Below are positions 36,374 through 45,698 of a DNA stretch of 64,000 nt, piece by piece (the first letter of the stretch is position 1; each line of letters starts with the position of its first letter). Both the position numbers and the translations under genes were made by a program. The DNA is from Bacteroidaceae bacterium (GTDB lineage Bacteria > Bacteroidota > Bacteroidia > Bacteroidales > Bacteroidaceae). The stretch spans positions 89,645 through 153,644 of the forward strand of contig JAIKWU010000076.1 in the NCBI GenBank assembly GCA_024684455.1, read 5' to 3'. The notes beneath the pieces are model-generated. The model did no database searches. It was not told where the DNA came from and saw nothing but the letters and a program-made list of their open reading frames with translations.

Positions 36374-38126
36374 ATTTGTCGATAAGTTGTTGCGCCGATT
36401 CATCACCCAGTTCGACGGCGCGTTCAAGATTCTTGAGTCCTCCCTGCTTGTCTCCTTTGAGGATGAGGGCATAGCCCATGATGCGATAGGCATCGCTATT
36501 GTTCAGGTCGAGACGCAGAGCAAGGAGAGCATTTTCGATACATGTATTCAATTCATTCACACGCAACAGGAGCGCACTTTTCTCCACATAATAGAGTGGT
36601 TCGCGGGGAGCATGCTGGATGGCCTGGTCCAGATCGTCGAGGGCTTGCTGGAACATACGCCCCTGTGTTTCCACTTGTGAACGCTCGTAGTAGAACACCG
36701 CACTGACCTTGTTATTCTTGAGGTAGCAGTACTGGTTGTAGTCGAGAACGGCATCGCGATAGCGTCCTTGCAACGCCTTGAGTTGTCCACGGCGCATGAT
36801 GTAGGTGGCAGCCTCTTCGGGCAGGGGTTCTGGAAACATGGCCACGGCAGAGTCGAGCAGTTCGAGCAGCACGCTCACGCTGTCGCCTCGTTGCTGACGG
36901 GCCATGGCCAAGGCGTAGAGGATGGCTGGCGAACGGTGTGGTCCGTTGGCAAGTTCGTCGTAGATGGCTATGGCTCCCTCTGCATCGGGCTTGGCCACGA
37001 GAATCTGTGCTTTTTGCAGACGATAGCCGAGGTGTGTCTGTTCGGCTGCATGGCGAATCGAGTCGGTCGTTGCCGTGGCCATCTGCTTTTCACTCTCTGC
37101 CAAGGCTCGGTCTATGTGATTGAGGGCAAGGTCGTAGGTCCAGGGCTCGTATGGAACGTCGTGCTGGTAGGTCAGTTTCGTGTAGAGGGCTTTGGCAACG
37201 TTGGCTTCACCTTGCGCTTTGTCGGCACAAAGCCGCAGGTACGTCTGCAGGTCACGTTCGGCCTCGTCGAATCGTTGCAGGTCCATGAGCGGGGTAGCGC
37301 GTCGGAGGTAACCCTCAGCACAGTCGGGCCAGGTCTGGATGAACAGGTCGAGCAGGTCCATGTATTCGTCGTTGTCAGCCGTGCGTGACTTGAAGTAAAG
37401 ATAGACGAGCGATTCTTCCTGTGTGTCGGGCAGTCCTTTGCGCAGGTGTATGTTGTTGAGAGCAACGGCTTCCGTCCGCTTTTGAATGGCCTCCACCTGA
37501 AGGGTGACGGCGTAGCGGCTGTCGGTGGCATAACTCTTTCCGCCGATGGGCGACTGCATGATGCCCACAAAATCACCGTTGACGGTGAAGAGCAATGCGC
37601 CTGTGTATTTGTCGGCAAAAGCCGTGGAAAGCGTCAGATAGGCAAATCCAGGTTCCACGACCACGTCTTTCTTCTCAATCTTGGCCTGTGGACAACTGAC
37701 GGGTGCGGTCTTGTTGTAGGTCAGTGCCACTACGCTTTGCCCTTCGGTCGATGCCGCCGATGCGGCTGGCGTGAGGTAGTTCACCTTCTGGGCCTTCACA
37801 CGGAAACGGACGACGCCGTACATGTCGTCGGCACCCAGGATGCGCTCCACCTCGTAGCGGTGTCCGTCCTGATCGATGACGGATGCGCTGTAGGCGTCAC
37901 GCCACACGGCATAGTCGCTCACACAGATGCCGTCGGCCGACACGAATGCACCCGATCCGCTGTGCAGGAGTTCTTTGTTCTTGTCGTAGGTGAGCACCGA
38001 CACGATGGCTTTGCTGGTCTTTACCACCCACTTCGGTGCCGGCAGCTCGGGTTGGGCAGTCGTGGGTGAGGTATATAGTACAAAGTATAAAGTACAGCAA
38101 AGAAGGGTGTGGTATATTCGGTTCAT
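36363..38126 (-). CDS. Secreted TPR-repeat protein with an N-terminal trypsin-like/beta-barrel domain
   Basis: Start trimmed to MNRIYHTLLCCTLYFVLYTSPTTAQ (ATGA overlap with the recN stop). ...HSGSGAFVSADGICVSDY.... The C-terminal half is TPR-like. Confidence 0.6.
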   Translation of the reverse strand: MNRIYHTLLCCTLYFVLYTSPTTAQPELPAPKWVVKTSKAIVSVLTYDKNKELLHSGSGAFVSADGICVSDYAVWRDAYSASVIDQDGHRYEVERILGADDMYGVVRFRVKAQKVNYLTPAASAASTEGQSVVALTYNKTAPVSCPQAKIEKKDVVVEPGFAYLTLSTAFADKYTGALLFTVNGDFVGIMQSPIGGKSYATDSRYAVTLQVEAIQKRTEAVALNNIHLRKGLPDTQEESLVYLYFKSRTADNDEYMDLLDLFIQTWPDCAEGYLRRATPLMDLQRFDEAERDLQTYLRLCADKAQGEANVAKALYTKLTYQHDVPYEPWTYDLALNHIDRALAESEKQMATATTDSIRHAAEQTHLGYRLQKAQILVAKPDAEGAIAIYDELANGPHRSPAILYALAMARQQRGDSVSVLLELLDSAVAMFPEPLPEEAATYIMRRGQLKALQGRYRDAVLDYNQYCYLKNNKVSAVFYYERSQVETQGRMFQQALDDLDQAIQHAPREPLYYVEKSALLLRVNELNTCIENALLALRLDLNNSDAYRIMGYALILKGDKQGGLKNLERAVELGDESAQQLIDKYAK

Positions 38127-39808
38127 GAGTTCATTTGTAATAGGGTTCGTGCATTTTCCATCGCAGCCTCGGTCAGCGTGGTGCCGCTGAGCATGTGGGC
38201 CAGTTCGGTGATGCGTTCCGACGGGTCGAGGAGGGTGATGTGGCTGGTGGTGCGGTCGTCGCCTTCTTCTTTGTAAACGCGGTAGTGATGTGTACCCATT
38301 GCGGCGATTTGCGGCAGGTGGGTGATGCTGATGACCTGACGGCCGCCTTCGCTCATCTGCTGCATGATGTGTGCCATGCGTTCGGCGATGCTGCCGCTCA
38401 CGCCTGTGTCGATTTCGTCGAAGATGAGCGTGGGCAGTTGTACGGCCGACGCAATGAGCGACTTGAGGCAAAGCATGACACGTGCCACTTCACCACCCGA
38501 GGCGATGTCGGCGACGTCACGGGGTGTTCCGTTTTTGTTGGCAGTGAAGAGGAAGGCCACGTGGTCGATGCCGCTTTCGCTGAGGAATGCCGGCTGTGCG
38601 TCGATGCTGACGCGGAATTGCACGTTGGGCATTCCGAGGGGCTTGAGGCTCTGCTGCATTCGTTGCTCGACCTGTGTGGCTGCCTGACGGCGGTGGTCGG
38701 AAATGTGACGTCCGGCGTCCATCACTTCGGCTTCCATCCGTTGACATTCTTTCTGCAGTTGTTCCACACGTTCGTCACTGTTTTCCAGCAGTTGGAGCCG
38801 TTGGGCGAGGTCATCGCGTAGGGCAATGAGTTCGTCGATGCTGTCCACATGGTGTTTCTTTTCTAACGTGTAGAGAAGCCCCAGCCGTTCCTGCACTTGT
38901 TCCAGCCGCTGTGGATTGTACTCCACGCTTTCGGCTTGGCTGGTGAGTTCGTCGGCGAGGTCTTTGAGTTCGATGTAGGCAGAGTCGAGCCTTTCGACCA
39001 GGGTGCTGGCTTGGGTGTATTGTCCGCTCACACCGCGCAGGGCTGTGATGGCGGTACGCAGACGTTGCAGGACGTCCAGCCTGTCAGTGTCGAAGGCGGA
39101 GCCGTCGATGGCCTGCTGTGCTGCGACGAGTGCCTGCTTGATGTCTTCTGCGTGTTCGAGCAACCGTGCCTCTTCCTCCAGTTCGTCCTGCTCGCCCTCG
39201 TTGAGTTGGGCCTCGTCGAGTTGCTGGTACTGGAATCGCAGGTAGTCCTCGTCGTCGCGGCTGCGTTGCTGTGCGTCGAGGGCGTCGCGCAACTGCTTCT
39301 GTGCGTTGCGCAGGCTGTCGTACAGATGGCGGAAGCAGGCAAGCCGGTCGGCATTGTCTGCCAGTATGTCGAGCACGCTGAGTTGGAAGTCCTGTCGCCC
39401 GAGCAGCAAGTTCTGGTGCTGGGAGTGGACATCGACGAGACGGTCGCTCAGTTCTTTCAGCAGGGTGAGCGGCACGGGTGTGTCGTTGACGAAGGCTCGG
39501 CTCTTGCCGGCTGCCGTCAGTTCGCGCCGGATGATGCACTGCTGTCCGTCGAAGTCAAGTTCGTTTTGTTGGAAAAAGTCTTTGAAGCCGTCGTCGTGAA
39601 CGTCAAATTCCGCTTCGACGATGCAGCGTTGTGCCCCAACCTGGATGGTTCGGGTGTCGGCCCTCTGTCCGCGCAACAGTCCCAGTGCGCCGAGGATGAT
39701 GGATTTTCCCGCACCTGTCTCGCCCGTGATGACTGAGAAGCCGTCGGCAAACTCGATGTACAGATGGTCGATCAGTGCGTAGTGTTCAATGTGTAATGAA
39801 TGTATCAT
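38123..39808 (-). CDS. recN: DNA repair protein RecN
   Basis: Start trimmed to MIHSLHIEHYALID. Walker A GETGAGKSI. Long coiled coil. The C-terminal signature includes SGGE. Confidence 0.93.
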   Translation of the reverse strand: MIHSLHIEHYALIDHLYIEFADGFSVITGETGAGKSIILGALGLLRGQRADTRTIQVGAQRCIVEAEFDVHDDGFKDFFQQNELDFDGQQCIIRRELTAAGKSRAFVNDTPVPLTLLKELSDRLVDVHSQHQNLLLGRQDFQLSVLDILADNADRLACFRHLYDSLRNAQKQLRDALDAQQRSRDDEDYLRFQYQQLDEAQLNEGEQDELEEEARLLEHAEDIKQALVAAQQAIDGSAFDTDRLDVLQRLRTAITALRGVSGQYTQASTLVERLDSAYIELKDLADELTSQAESVEYNPQRLEQVQERLGLLYTLEKKHHVDSIDELIALRDDLAQRLQLLENSDERVEQLQKECQRMEAEVMDAGRHISDHRRQAATQVEQRMQQSLKPLGMPNVQFRVSIDAQPAFLSESGIDHVAFLFTANKNGTPRDVADIASGGEVARVMLCLKSLIASAVQLPTLIFDEIDTGVSGSIAERMAHIMQQMSEGGRQVISITHLPQIAAMGTHHYRVYKEEGDDRTTSHITLLDPSERITELAHMLSGTTLTEAAMENARTLLQMNS

Positions 39809-39826
39809 TGCCGACAAATGCTTTTG

Positions 39827-39834
39827 CAAAGGTA
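39827..39834 (-). promoter_or_regulatory. -7 box TACCTTTG for recN
   Basis: The reverse complement of caaaggta, 19 bp upstream of the ATG at 39808. Confidence 0.6.
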
Positions 39835-39972
39835 CGATAAATAATTGGGAAATGAATCATTCTAAGTTATAAATAATGTGAAACCCTTGTACGGAGTACA
39901 AAAAATGTCGGAATTGGCTGCCGAAACTGCTGTTTGGCAGCGTGCATGACGTGTGGCAGCAGACGGAACTGA

Positions 39973-40075
39973 GTACCACCACGGTGGTACAAAAGTTTCA
40001 GCGCAGTGGTACGACAATTTCTCTGCGCTGAAACATTTGTTTCACTGCGGTGGTACAGTCGTACCACTGCGGCAC
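39973..40075. repeat. Family-4 array: five 15-18-bp palindromes phased at exactly 22 bp
   Basis: gtaccaccacggtggtac (39973), gtttcagcgcagtggtac (39995), atttctctgcgctgaaac (40017), gtttcactgcggtggtac (40039), gtaccactgcggcac (40061). Confidence 0.85.
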
Positions 40076-40217
40076 GCTCTGTTTGGTACGGTTGTATCAA
40101 GGTGTGGGCACTGAGATAACCCTTTGTTGATGCCGCATTGCGATGTTCATGGGGTAAAAAAATGTTACAAACGGAATTTTTGCACCGAAAATGTTTGGCT
40201 GATTCGGAGGAAACCCT

Positions 40218-40225
40218 TAACTTTG
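40218..40225 (+). promoter_or_regulatory. -7 box TAACTTTG upstream of greA (implies a ~120-nt leader)
   Basis: TAnnTTTG match. No closer match was seen before the ATG at 40352. Confidence 0.4.
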
Positions 40226-40351
40226 CAGCCGAAAAGGTAAAAAGGAGGGTTCCGACGTTCATTATCGTGCGTTGGGATTCTTTTCTTTTTGACACCTTTT
40301 TTTGAGAAACCTAATACGTAAAACGTTCATTCACACGTAAGTAAAAACACT

Positions 40352-40816
40352 ATGGCATACATGTCACAAGAAGGCTATGACAAACTCAGAGCCGAAATCA
40401 AACGCCTGGAAGAGGTGGAACGCCCCGATGTAATCCGCCAGATTCAGGAAGCCCGCGAGAAGGGCGATTTGTCGGAAAACGCAGAGTACGACGCCGCGAA
40501 AGAGGCGCAGGGCAAACTCGAAACAAAGATTGCCGTGCTGAAAGCCGAACTCGCCGACGCCAAGATTCTGGACCTGTCGAAGGTACAGACCGATGTCGTG
40601 CAGATTCTCTCGAAAGTGGAGATGAAGAACGTCAAGACAGGCATGGTGATGACCTACACCCTCGTCAGCGAAGGCGAAGCCAACCTGAAGGAAGGCAAAA
40701 TCTCAGTGGGCACACCGATTGCACAAGGACTGCTCGGCAAGCGCGTCGGCGACGTCGCTACCATCAACATTCCACAGGGACAGATTGAACTTCAAATCAC
40801 CAACATCAGCATTTGA
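40352..40816 (+). CDS. greA: Transcription elongation factor GreA
   Basis: MAYMSQEGYDKLRAEIKRLE...AREKGDLSENAEYDAAKE, the GreA coiled-coil signature. Confidence 0.93.
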   Translation: MAYMSQEGYDKLRAEIKRLEEVERPDVIRQIQEAREKGDLSENAEYDAAKEAQGKLETKIAVLKAELADAKILDLSKVQTDVVQILSKVEMKNVKTGMVMTYTLVSEGEANLKEGKISVGTPIAQGLLGKRVGDVATINIPQGQIELQITNISI

Positions 40817-40822
40817 TAGAAT

Positions 40823-41221
40823 ATGGGAATCTTTGCCAAAATCGCAGCAGGAGAAATTCCAAGTTATAAGTGCGCTGAGAACGATGAGTTCTACGCCTTC
40901 CTCGACATCAACCCCCTGGCCAAGGGGCACACCCTGTGCATCCCCCGCCGCGAGGTCGATTACATCTTCGACATGGACGACGACGAACTGGCCCGCTTTC
41001 AGGTGTTCGCCAAGCACGTCGCCGTGGCACTCCGTCGCGCCTGCCCCTGTGTCAAGGTCGGTCAGGCCGTGCTCGGGCTCGAAGTGCCCCACGCACACAT
41101 CCACCTCGTGCCCATGCAGTCGGAAAAGGACATGCAGTTCAGCAATCCGAAACTCCAACTGCCGCAGGAGGAAATGCAGGCCATCGCTGCGAAAATCTTT
41201 GATGAATACCAGAAACTATGA
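40823..41221 (+). CDS. HIT-family (histidine triad) protein
   Basis: HAHIHLVP histidine triad. 132 aa. Confidence 0.88.
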   Translation: MGIFAKIAAGEIPSYKCAENDEFYAFLDINPLAKGHTLCIPRREVDYIFDMDDDELARFQVFAKHVAVALRRACPCVKVGQAVLGLEVPHAHIHLVPMQSEKDMQFSNPKLQLPQEEMQAIAAKIFDEYQKL

Positions 41222-41985
41222 CGCTCAACATCATTAAAGTTGGCGGAGGAATCGTTGAGAAAGAGGAAAACCTGAACCTGCTTCTCAACGATTTTTCTCT
41301 TTTGCAAGGTCCGAAACTGCTTGTACACGGCGGCGGCCGCCTCGCTACGACGCTTGCCACACAGATGGGCATCGAGACCCACATGATTGGCGGTCGTCGC
41401 GTGACTGACGCCGACATGCTGCGCGTCGTCACGATGGTCTATGGCGGACTGGTCAACAAGCGCATCGTTGCCCAACTCCAGGCACGCGGCATCAACGCAC
41501 TGGGCCTCACAGGTGCCGACTGTAACGTGATTCGCAGCCATCGTCGGCAAGAGGGCAACTGGGGTTTTGTCGGCGACGTGGACCGCTGCGACGGCGAGAT
41601 GCTCGCCACGCTCATCCGTCAGGGCATCACCCCCGTCGTCGCTCCGCTCACCCACGACGGCAACGGCCAACTGCTCAACACTAATGCCGACACCATCGCC
41701 TCTGAAGTGGCCAAGAGTCTCGCCACACATTTCGACGTGACACTCACGTTCTGCTTTGAGAAGAAAGGTGTGCTACGTGACTGCAACGACGACGACAGTG
41801 TCATCGCCCACATCAGTGCCGCAGACTTCTGCCTGCTCCGCGAACAGGGCATCGTCGCCGACGGCATGGTGCCTAAACTTGAAAACGCACTCAACGCCTG
41901 CCGTGCAGGTGTCAAGCGCGTCGTCATTACTCGTGCTGACCAACTCGGACAGCAGGACAGCGGAACGGTAGTTACATTAGAATAG
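41218..41985 (+). CDS. argB: Acetylglutamate kinase
   Basis: IIKVGGGIVE...VHGGG amino-acid kinase fold. ATGA overlap with the HIT gene. Confidence 0.85.
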   Translation: MTLNIIKVGGGIVEKEENLNLLLNDFSLLQGPKLLVHGGGRLATTLATQMGIETHMIGGRRVTDADMLRVVTMVYGGLVNKRIVAQLQARGINALGLTGADCNVIRSHRRQEGNWGFVGDVDRCDGEMLATLIRQGITPVVAPLTHDGNGQLLNTNADTIASEVAKSLATHFDVTLTFCFEKKGVLRDCNDDDSVIAHISAADFCLLREQGIVADGMVPKLENALNACRAGVKRVVITRADQLGQQDSGTVVTLE

Positions 41986-41995
41986 AGAGAATCTT

Positions 41996-42039
41996 AGGCT
42001 TCTCCCCCCCTCGCCACTGGGTGAGGAGAGAACCATTAC
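41996..42039. repeat. Degenerate solo family-1-like unit between convergent argB and yidD; likely terminator hairpin
   Basis: ggcttctccccccctcgccactgggtgaggagagaaccattac. The yidD TAA stop lies in its ...cattac end. Confidence 0.5.
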
Positions 42040-42293
42040 CAGTGAAACTTGTCGGGTACGGGATCGTACCCGCTGCCACCCCACGGATGACAGCGCAAGA
42101 TGCGGCGCACTGCCAGGTACAGACCTCGCAGTGCGCCGTGTTTTTTGATAGCCTCCACGGCATATTGTGAACAGGTGGGCGTGAAGCGGCACGCTGGCGG
42201 TGTGAGCGGCGAAATGCACCGCTGATAAAAGAAAATCGGAACCAACAGCACCCACTTCAGGGCTGCACCGAGCCAATGAAGAAACTTGCTCAT
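42036..42293 (-). CDS. yidD: Membrane protein insertion efficiency factor YidD
   Basis: [19 protein letters not shown] signature. 85 aa. Confidence 0.92.
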   Translation of the reverse strand: MSKFLHWLGAALKWVLLVPIFFYQRCISPLTPPACRFTPTCSQYAVEAIKKHGALRGLYLAVRRILRCHPWGGSGYDPVPDKFHW

Positions 42294-42685
42294 ACCGCAG
42301 TCAGTGTTTCTTCTATCCGACGCAGAATCTTCTGAACGCTCGCAGTCACACGGCTACTTTCGCACAGACTGTCGCTGATGCAGATGAATGCCAGTTCCAT
42401 GCGCTTACCATTGGCTTCGAGCCATTCCCACAGCGTGTGTTTGTTGCGACGGTATGCTTCACGTATCTGACGCTTCATGCGGTTGCGATCGACAGCCCGA
42501 TGCAGCCGCCTTTTAGGTACACTGACCAGCACAGCAATGGGTGCAGCATCGTTTTCACCTCGTTCCGAAAGCCTATAAATAGCGCGAAGCGGAAATGCTG
42601 CGATGCTTGCATTTCCGCCTGCGAATAGTTGGTCTATCAGTTTTTGACTGCACAGACGTTCTGCCTTCGTGAACGTTTCTGTCAT
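42290..42685 (-). CDS. rnpA: Ribonuclease P protein component
   Basis: 131 aa and basic, with ...[24 protein letters not shown]. Lies upstream of yidD as usual. Confidence 0.9.
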   Translation of the reverse strand: MTETFTKAERLCSQKLIDQLFAGGNASIAAFPLRAIYRLSERGENDAAPIAVLVSVPKRRLHRAVDRNRMKRQIREAYRRNKHTLWEWLEANGKRMELAFICISDSLCESSRVTASVQKILRRIEETLTAV

Positions 42686-42688
42686 GTG

Positions 42689-43519
42689 CTATGCTTTCTT
42701 TGTTGTCGTCTTCTTTGCGGGAGCCTTCTTGACAGTAGCCTTCTTCTTGGGGGCTGCTGCTTTCTTAGGCGCAATTTCGTCTTTGCTGTGGTGCTTGATG
42801 AAGTCCTCGATGATGGCAGGCACACTGCGCAACTCTGGCGTGGGCTTCATATCGACGCGCAGTCCAGCCTCTTCGGCAGCCTCAATCGTCTTCTGACCGA
42901 GGCAAGCAATGGCGACTTTCCCTTGGTCGAAGTTCGGGAAGTTCTTTACCAGAGAGTGGATTCCTTCAGGCGAGAAGAATACGAGCATATTGTAGTCAAA
43001 CGGTTCGCCAGGCTGGAAGTCGTTGCTGACCGTATAGTACATCACGGCTTCGTCGTGCTTGAGTCCTGCAGCGTCGAGCATGTTCTTCATCTCATCATTG
43101 TGTGCCGACGACTGGGGAACGAAGTAGTTCTCCTGCTTGTGCTTCTCCATGATGGGGATGAGGTCGGAAACCTTTCCTGTGAGGGGGAAGAATACCTTGC
43201 GCTTGCGGTACTGGACGTACTTCTGGATGTAGAGCGCCACTTGTTCCGACTTGCAGAAATACTTCATGTCTTCCTTGATGACGACGCGCAGTTCCTTGAC
43301 CAGGTCGAAGAAGTGGTCGATGGCGTGGCGCGAGGTGAACACGACGGCGGTGTGTCCAGGGATAGATACTTTCTGCTGACGGAAGTCCTTTGCCGACATC
43401 TTTTCAATTTTGATAAAGGGGCGGAACACCATATCCACACCATACTTTTCGGCGATGTCGAAATAGGGCGATTTTTCAGTTTGAGGCTTAGGTTGAGAAA
43501 TAAGAATCTTCGGTGCCAT
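42689..43519 (-). CDS. hemD: Uroporphyrinogen-III synthase-like (HemD family) protein with a Lys/Ala-rich histone-H1-like C-terminal tail
   Basis: Start trimmed to MAPKILISQPKPQTEKSPYFDIAEKYG. Tail APKKAAAPKKKATVKKAPAKKTTTKKA. Confidence 0.7.
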   Translation of the reverse strand: MAPKILISQPKPQTEKSPYFDIAEKYGVDMVFRPFIKIEKMSAKDFRQQKVSIPGHTAVVFTSRHAIDHFFDLVKELRVVIKEDMKYFCKSEQVALYIQKYVQYRKRKVFFPLTGKVSDLIPIMEKHKQENYFVPQSSAHNDEMKNMLDAAGLKHDEAVMYYTVSNDFQPGEPFDYNMLVFFSPEGIHSLVKNFPNFDQGKVAIACLGQKTIEAAEEAGLRVDMKPTPELRSVPAIIEDFIKHHSKDEIAPKKAAAPKKKATVKKAPAKKTTTKKA

Positions 43520-43563
43520 CAGGTTGTCCTGTTTTGCGGTTGTTCTGTACTTAAAAAACTTGT

Positions 43564-44346
43564 TTACAGTGCTGTCTGTGTCTGGACGAAATGGCCTGCA
43601 ACAAGGAGTGGCAGGATTTCGGCGGTGCAAAAGTACAAAAAAATCAGCAGTTTGCCATATCTTTTTGTCTGAAAGTTAGCAATCATCTTGAAAAACAATA
43701 GGATTTCGTACAAAATGAGCATGGCCAATAGACAATTTGATACTTCAAACGGCGTCATGTCTGTGAACAGATAGAGGACTGTCACGGGCAGCGTCAGTCC
43801 TAAGAAGAGAGATGTTAAAAAGTAATAGGAGCCTATCCATTTCTGGTTGCGGCTACGGTCGAAAAACACCCAGTTGACGAGTGCATAGACGGCTGATTTC
43901 AACATCATCCATGCGAGCGGGGCGAAGGCGAGTAGCAGGTAGGATAGCCACGGCGTGCTTTGTGTGTGACCGACGAAGGCTGATTGGCCGTACAGGTCAT
44001 GTCCGATGAGGCTCAGGCTGGTACATCCGATGAGGATGATTGCCACGAGCATCGTTGTTTCGCCGACGGTCGTCTGTTGGGCCATGTTGGAGAATTTGCG
44101 TTCCGACGTGAAGAAGTCCTTGATGCGGTAGGTGAGATAGTTGAGATTGCCTGTCACGACAAGCCCCAACACTACCATCATGCCTACGATGCTGAGGACG
44201 ACCCACTGCTCCGAAGCCTGTGTCCCGACGCGCAGCAGGCCAGCCACATCCCCGTCGGGAATGTACTGGCCGCTGGTGTATTCCGCCGTCGTCTGTAGGG
44301 GCGACAGCGGCGTGTGGGTCAGGATAGAGTCGTAGTCGGGACGCAT
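43564..44346 (-). CDS. DUF4271-like polytopic membrane protein
   Basis: 260 aa with multiple TM helices. It occupies the conserved Bacteroidota position upstream of the hemD-like gene. Confidence 0.55.
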   Translation of the reverse strand: MRPDYDSILTHTPLSPLQTTAEYTSGQYIPDGDVAGLLRVGTQASEQWVVLSIVGMMVVLGLVVTGNLNYLTYRIKDFFTSERKFSNMAQQTTVGETTMLVAIILIGCTSLSLIGHDLYGQSAFVGHTQSTPWLSYLLLAFAPLAWMMLKSAVYALVNWVFFDRSRNQKWIGSYYFLTSLFLGLTLPVTVLYLFTDMTPFEVSNCLLAMLILYEILLFFKMIANFQTKRYGKLLIFLYFCTAEILPLLVAGHFVQTQTAL

Positions 44347-44353
44347 TGCTGCA

Positions 44354-45640
44354 TCAGAGCCCGAAGGTCTCGCGGATGGTATCTACGTAGTCGAGTTTTT
44401 CCCAGGTAAACAGTTCGACGTCGATGTCGCGGTCGCCGGCATAGCGGCTGCTGAAGTGCTTCGTCACGGTGCGTGGCGTGCGGCCCATGTGTCCGTAGGC
44501 GGCCGTCTCGCTGTAGATGGGGTTGCGCAGTTTCAGGCGTGTCTCGATGGCACGCGGACGAAGGGTGAAGATTTCACCGATTTTCTTGGCAATCTCGCCG
44601 TCGCTCATCGTTACATGCGAACGTCCGTAGGTGTTGACATAGATGCTCACAGGGTCGGCCACGCCGATGGCGTAACTAATCTGAACGAGCATCTCGTCGG
44701 CCACGCCGGCAGCCACCATGTTCTTGGCGATGTGGCGTGCTGCGTAGGCAGCCGAACGGTCCACCTTCGACGGGTCTTTGCCAGAGAAAGCACCGCCGCC
44801 GTGCGCACCTTTGCCGCCGTAGGTGTCGACGATGATTTTGCGGCCTGTGAGGCCTGTGTCGCCGTGAGGTCCGCCGATGACGAACTTACCCGTGGGATTG
44901 ACAAAGTACTTGACGTTGGCGTCGAACAGAGCACGTATCCCTTCGTTTTTAATTTCACGCAGCACACGAGGCATGAGCACTGTGACGACATCCTGGCGGA
45001 TTTGTGCCACCATCTGCTCGTCGGCCTTCTCCTGCGAGAGTTCAAGAGTTGGGCGGATGAAGTCGTCGTGCTGGGTCGAAACCACGATGGTGTCGATGCG
45101 CTTGGGACGTTCGTCGTCACCGTACTCGATGGTCACCTGGCTCTTGGCATCAGGGCGCAGGTAGGTCATCACCTTGCCTTCGCGGCGGATTTCGGCCAAT
45201 ACCTCAAGGATTTTGTGGCTGAGTGCCAGTGGGAGCGGCATGTAGTTCTCCGTTTCATTAGTGGCATAGCCGAACATCATGCCCTGGTCGCCTGCGCCCT
45301 GATCCTCGGGGCGTTCACGCTCCACACCTCGGTTGATGTCGGCACTCTGCTCGTGGATGGCGCTGAACACGCCGCACGAGTCGGCGTCGAACTGCAGTTC
45401 TGCCTTCGTGTATCCGATGCGGCGGATGGTCTCGCGTGCCACTTCCTGCAGGTCAACGTATGCTTCACTCTTCACTTCGCCAGCCAAGACCACCTGTCCT
45501 GTCGTAACGAGTGTCTCGCAGGCTACCTTCGAGTCGCGGTCGTAGGCGAGCAGGTTGTCCAGCACAGCGTCGCTAATCTGGTCGGCCACCTTGTCGGGAT
45601 GACCCTCACTCACGGATTCTGATGTGAATAAATATCCCAT
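44354..45640 (-). CDS. metK: S-adenosylmethionine synthase
   Basis: [40 protein letters not shown] and [16 protein letters not shown]. Confidence 0.97.
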   Translation of the reverse strand: MGYLFTSESVSEGHPDKVADQISDAVLDNLLAYDRDSKVACETLVTTGQVVLAGEVKSEAYVDLQEVARETIRRIGYTKAELQFDADSCGVFSAIHEQSADINRGVERERPEDQGAGDQGMMFGYATNETENYMPLPLALSHKILEVLAEIRREGKVMTYLRPDAKSQVTIEYGDDERPKRIDTIVVSTQHDDFIRPTLELSQEKADEQMVAQIRQDVVTVLMPRVLREIKNEGIRALFDANVKYFVNPTGKFVIGGPHGDTGLTGRKIIVDTYGGKGAHGGGAFSGKDPSKVDRSAAYAARHIAKNMVAAGVADEMLVQISYAIGVADPVSIYVNTYGRSHVTMSDGEIAKKIGEIFTLRPRAIETRLKLRNPIYSETAAYGHMGRTPRTVTKHFSSRYAGDRDIDVELFTWEKLDYVDTIRETFGL

Positions 45641-45698
45641 AAACTATTTAATTGACGACTGTTATTTTAATATCTTATAATAAAAATGTTGTTATGTA

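Noticed and set aside
38127-38471. N-terminal ORF-track extensions. Examples are the His/Arg-rich 115 aa before MNRIYH, 48342-48737 before pyrH, 33777-34283 (TDVTTDVTTD...) before the glutaminyl cyclase, 43520-43630 before the hemD-like gene, and 51479-51682 before groES.
   Set aside because: They overlap the 3' end of the upstream gene in another frame. Internal Met codons give canonical N-termini, signal peptides, and ATGA or short overlaps with the upstream stop.
39867-40295. A 142-aa minus-strand ORF in the recN/greA intergenic region.
   Set aside because: It runs through the family-4 palindrome array, and I saw no TAnnTTTG box upstream of it. Its composition is dictated by the repeats.
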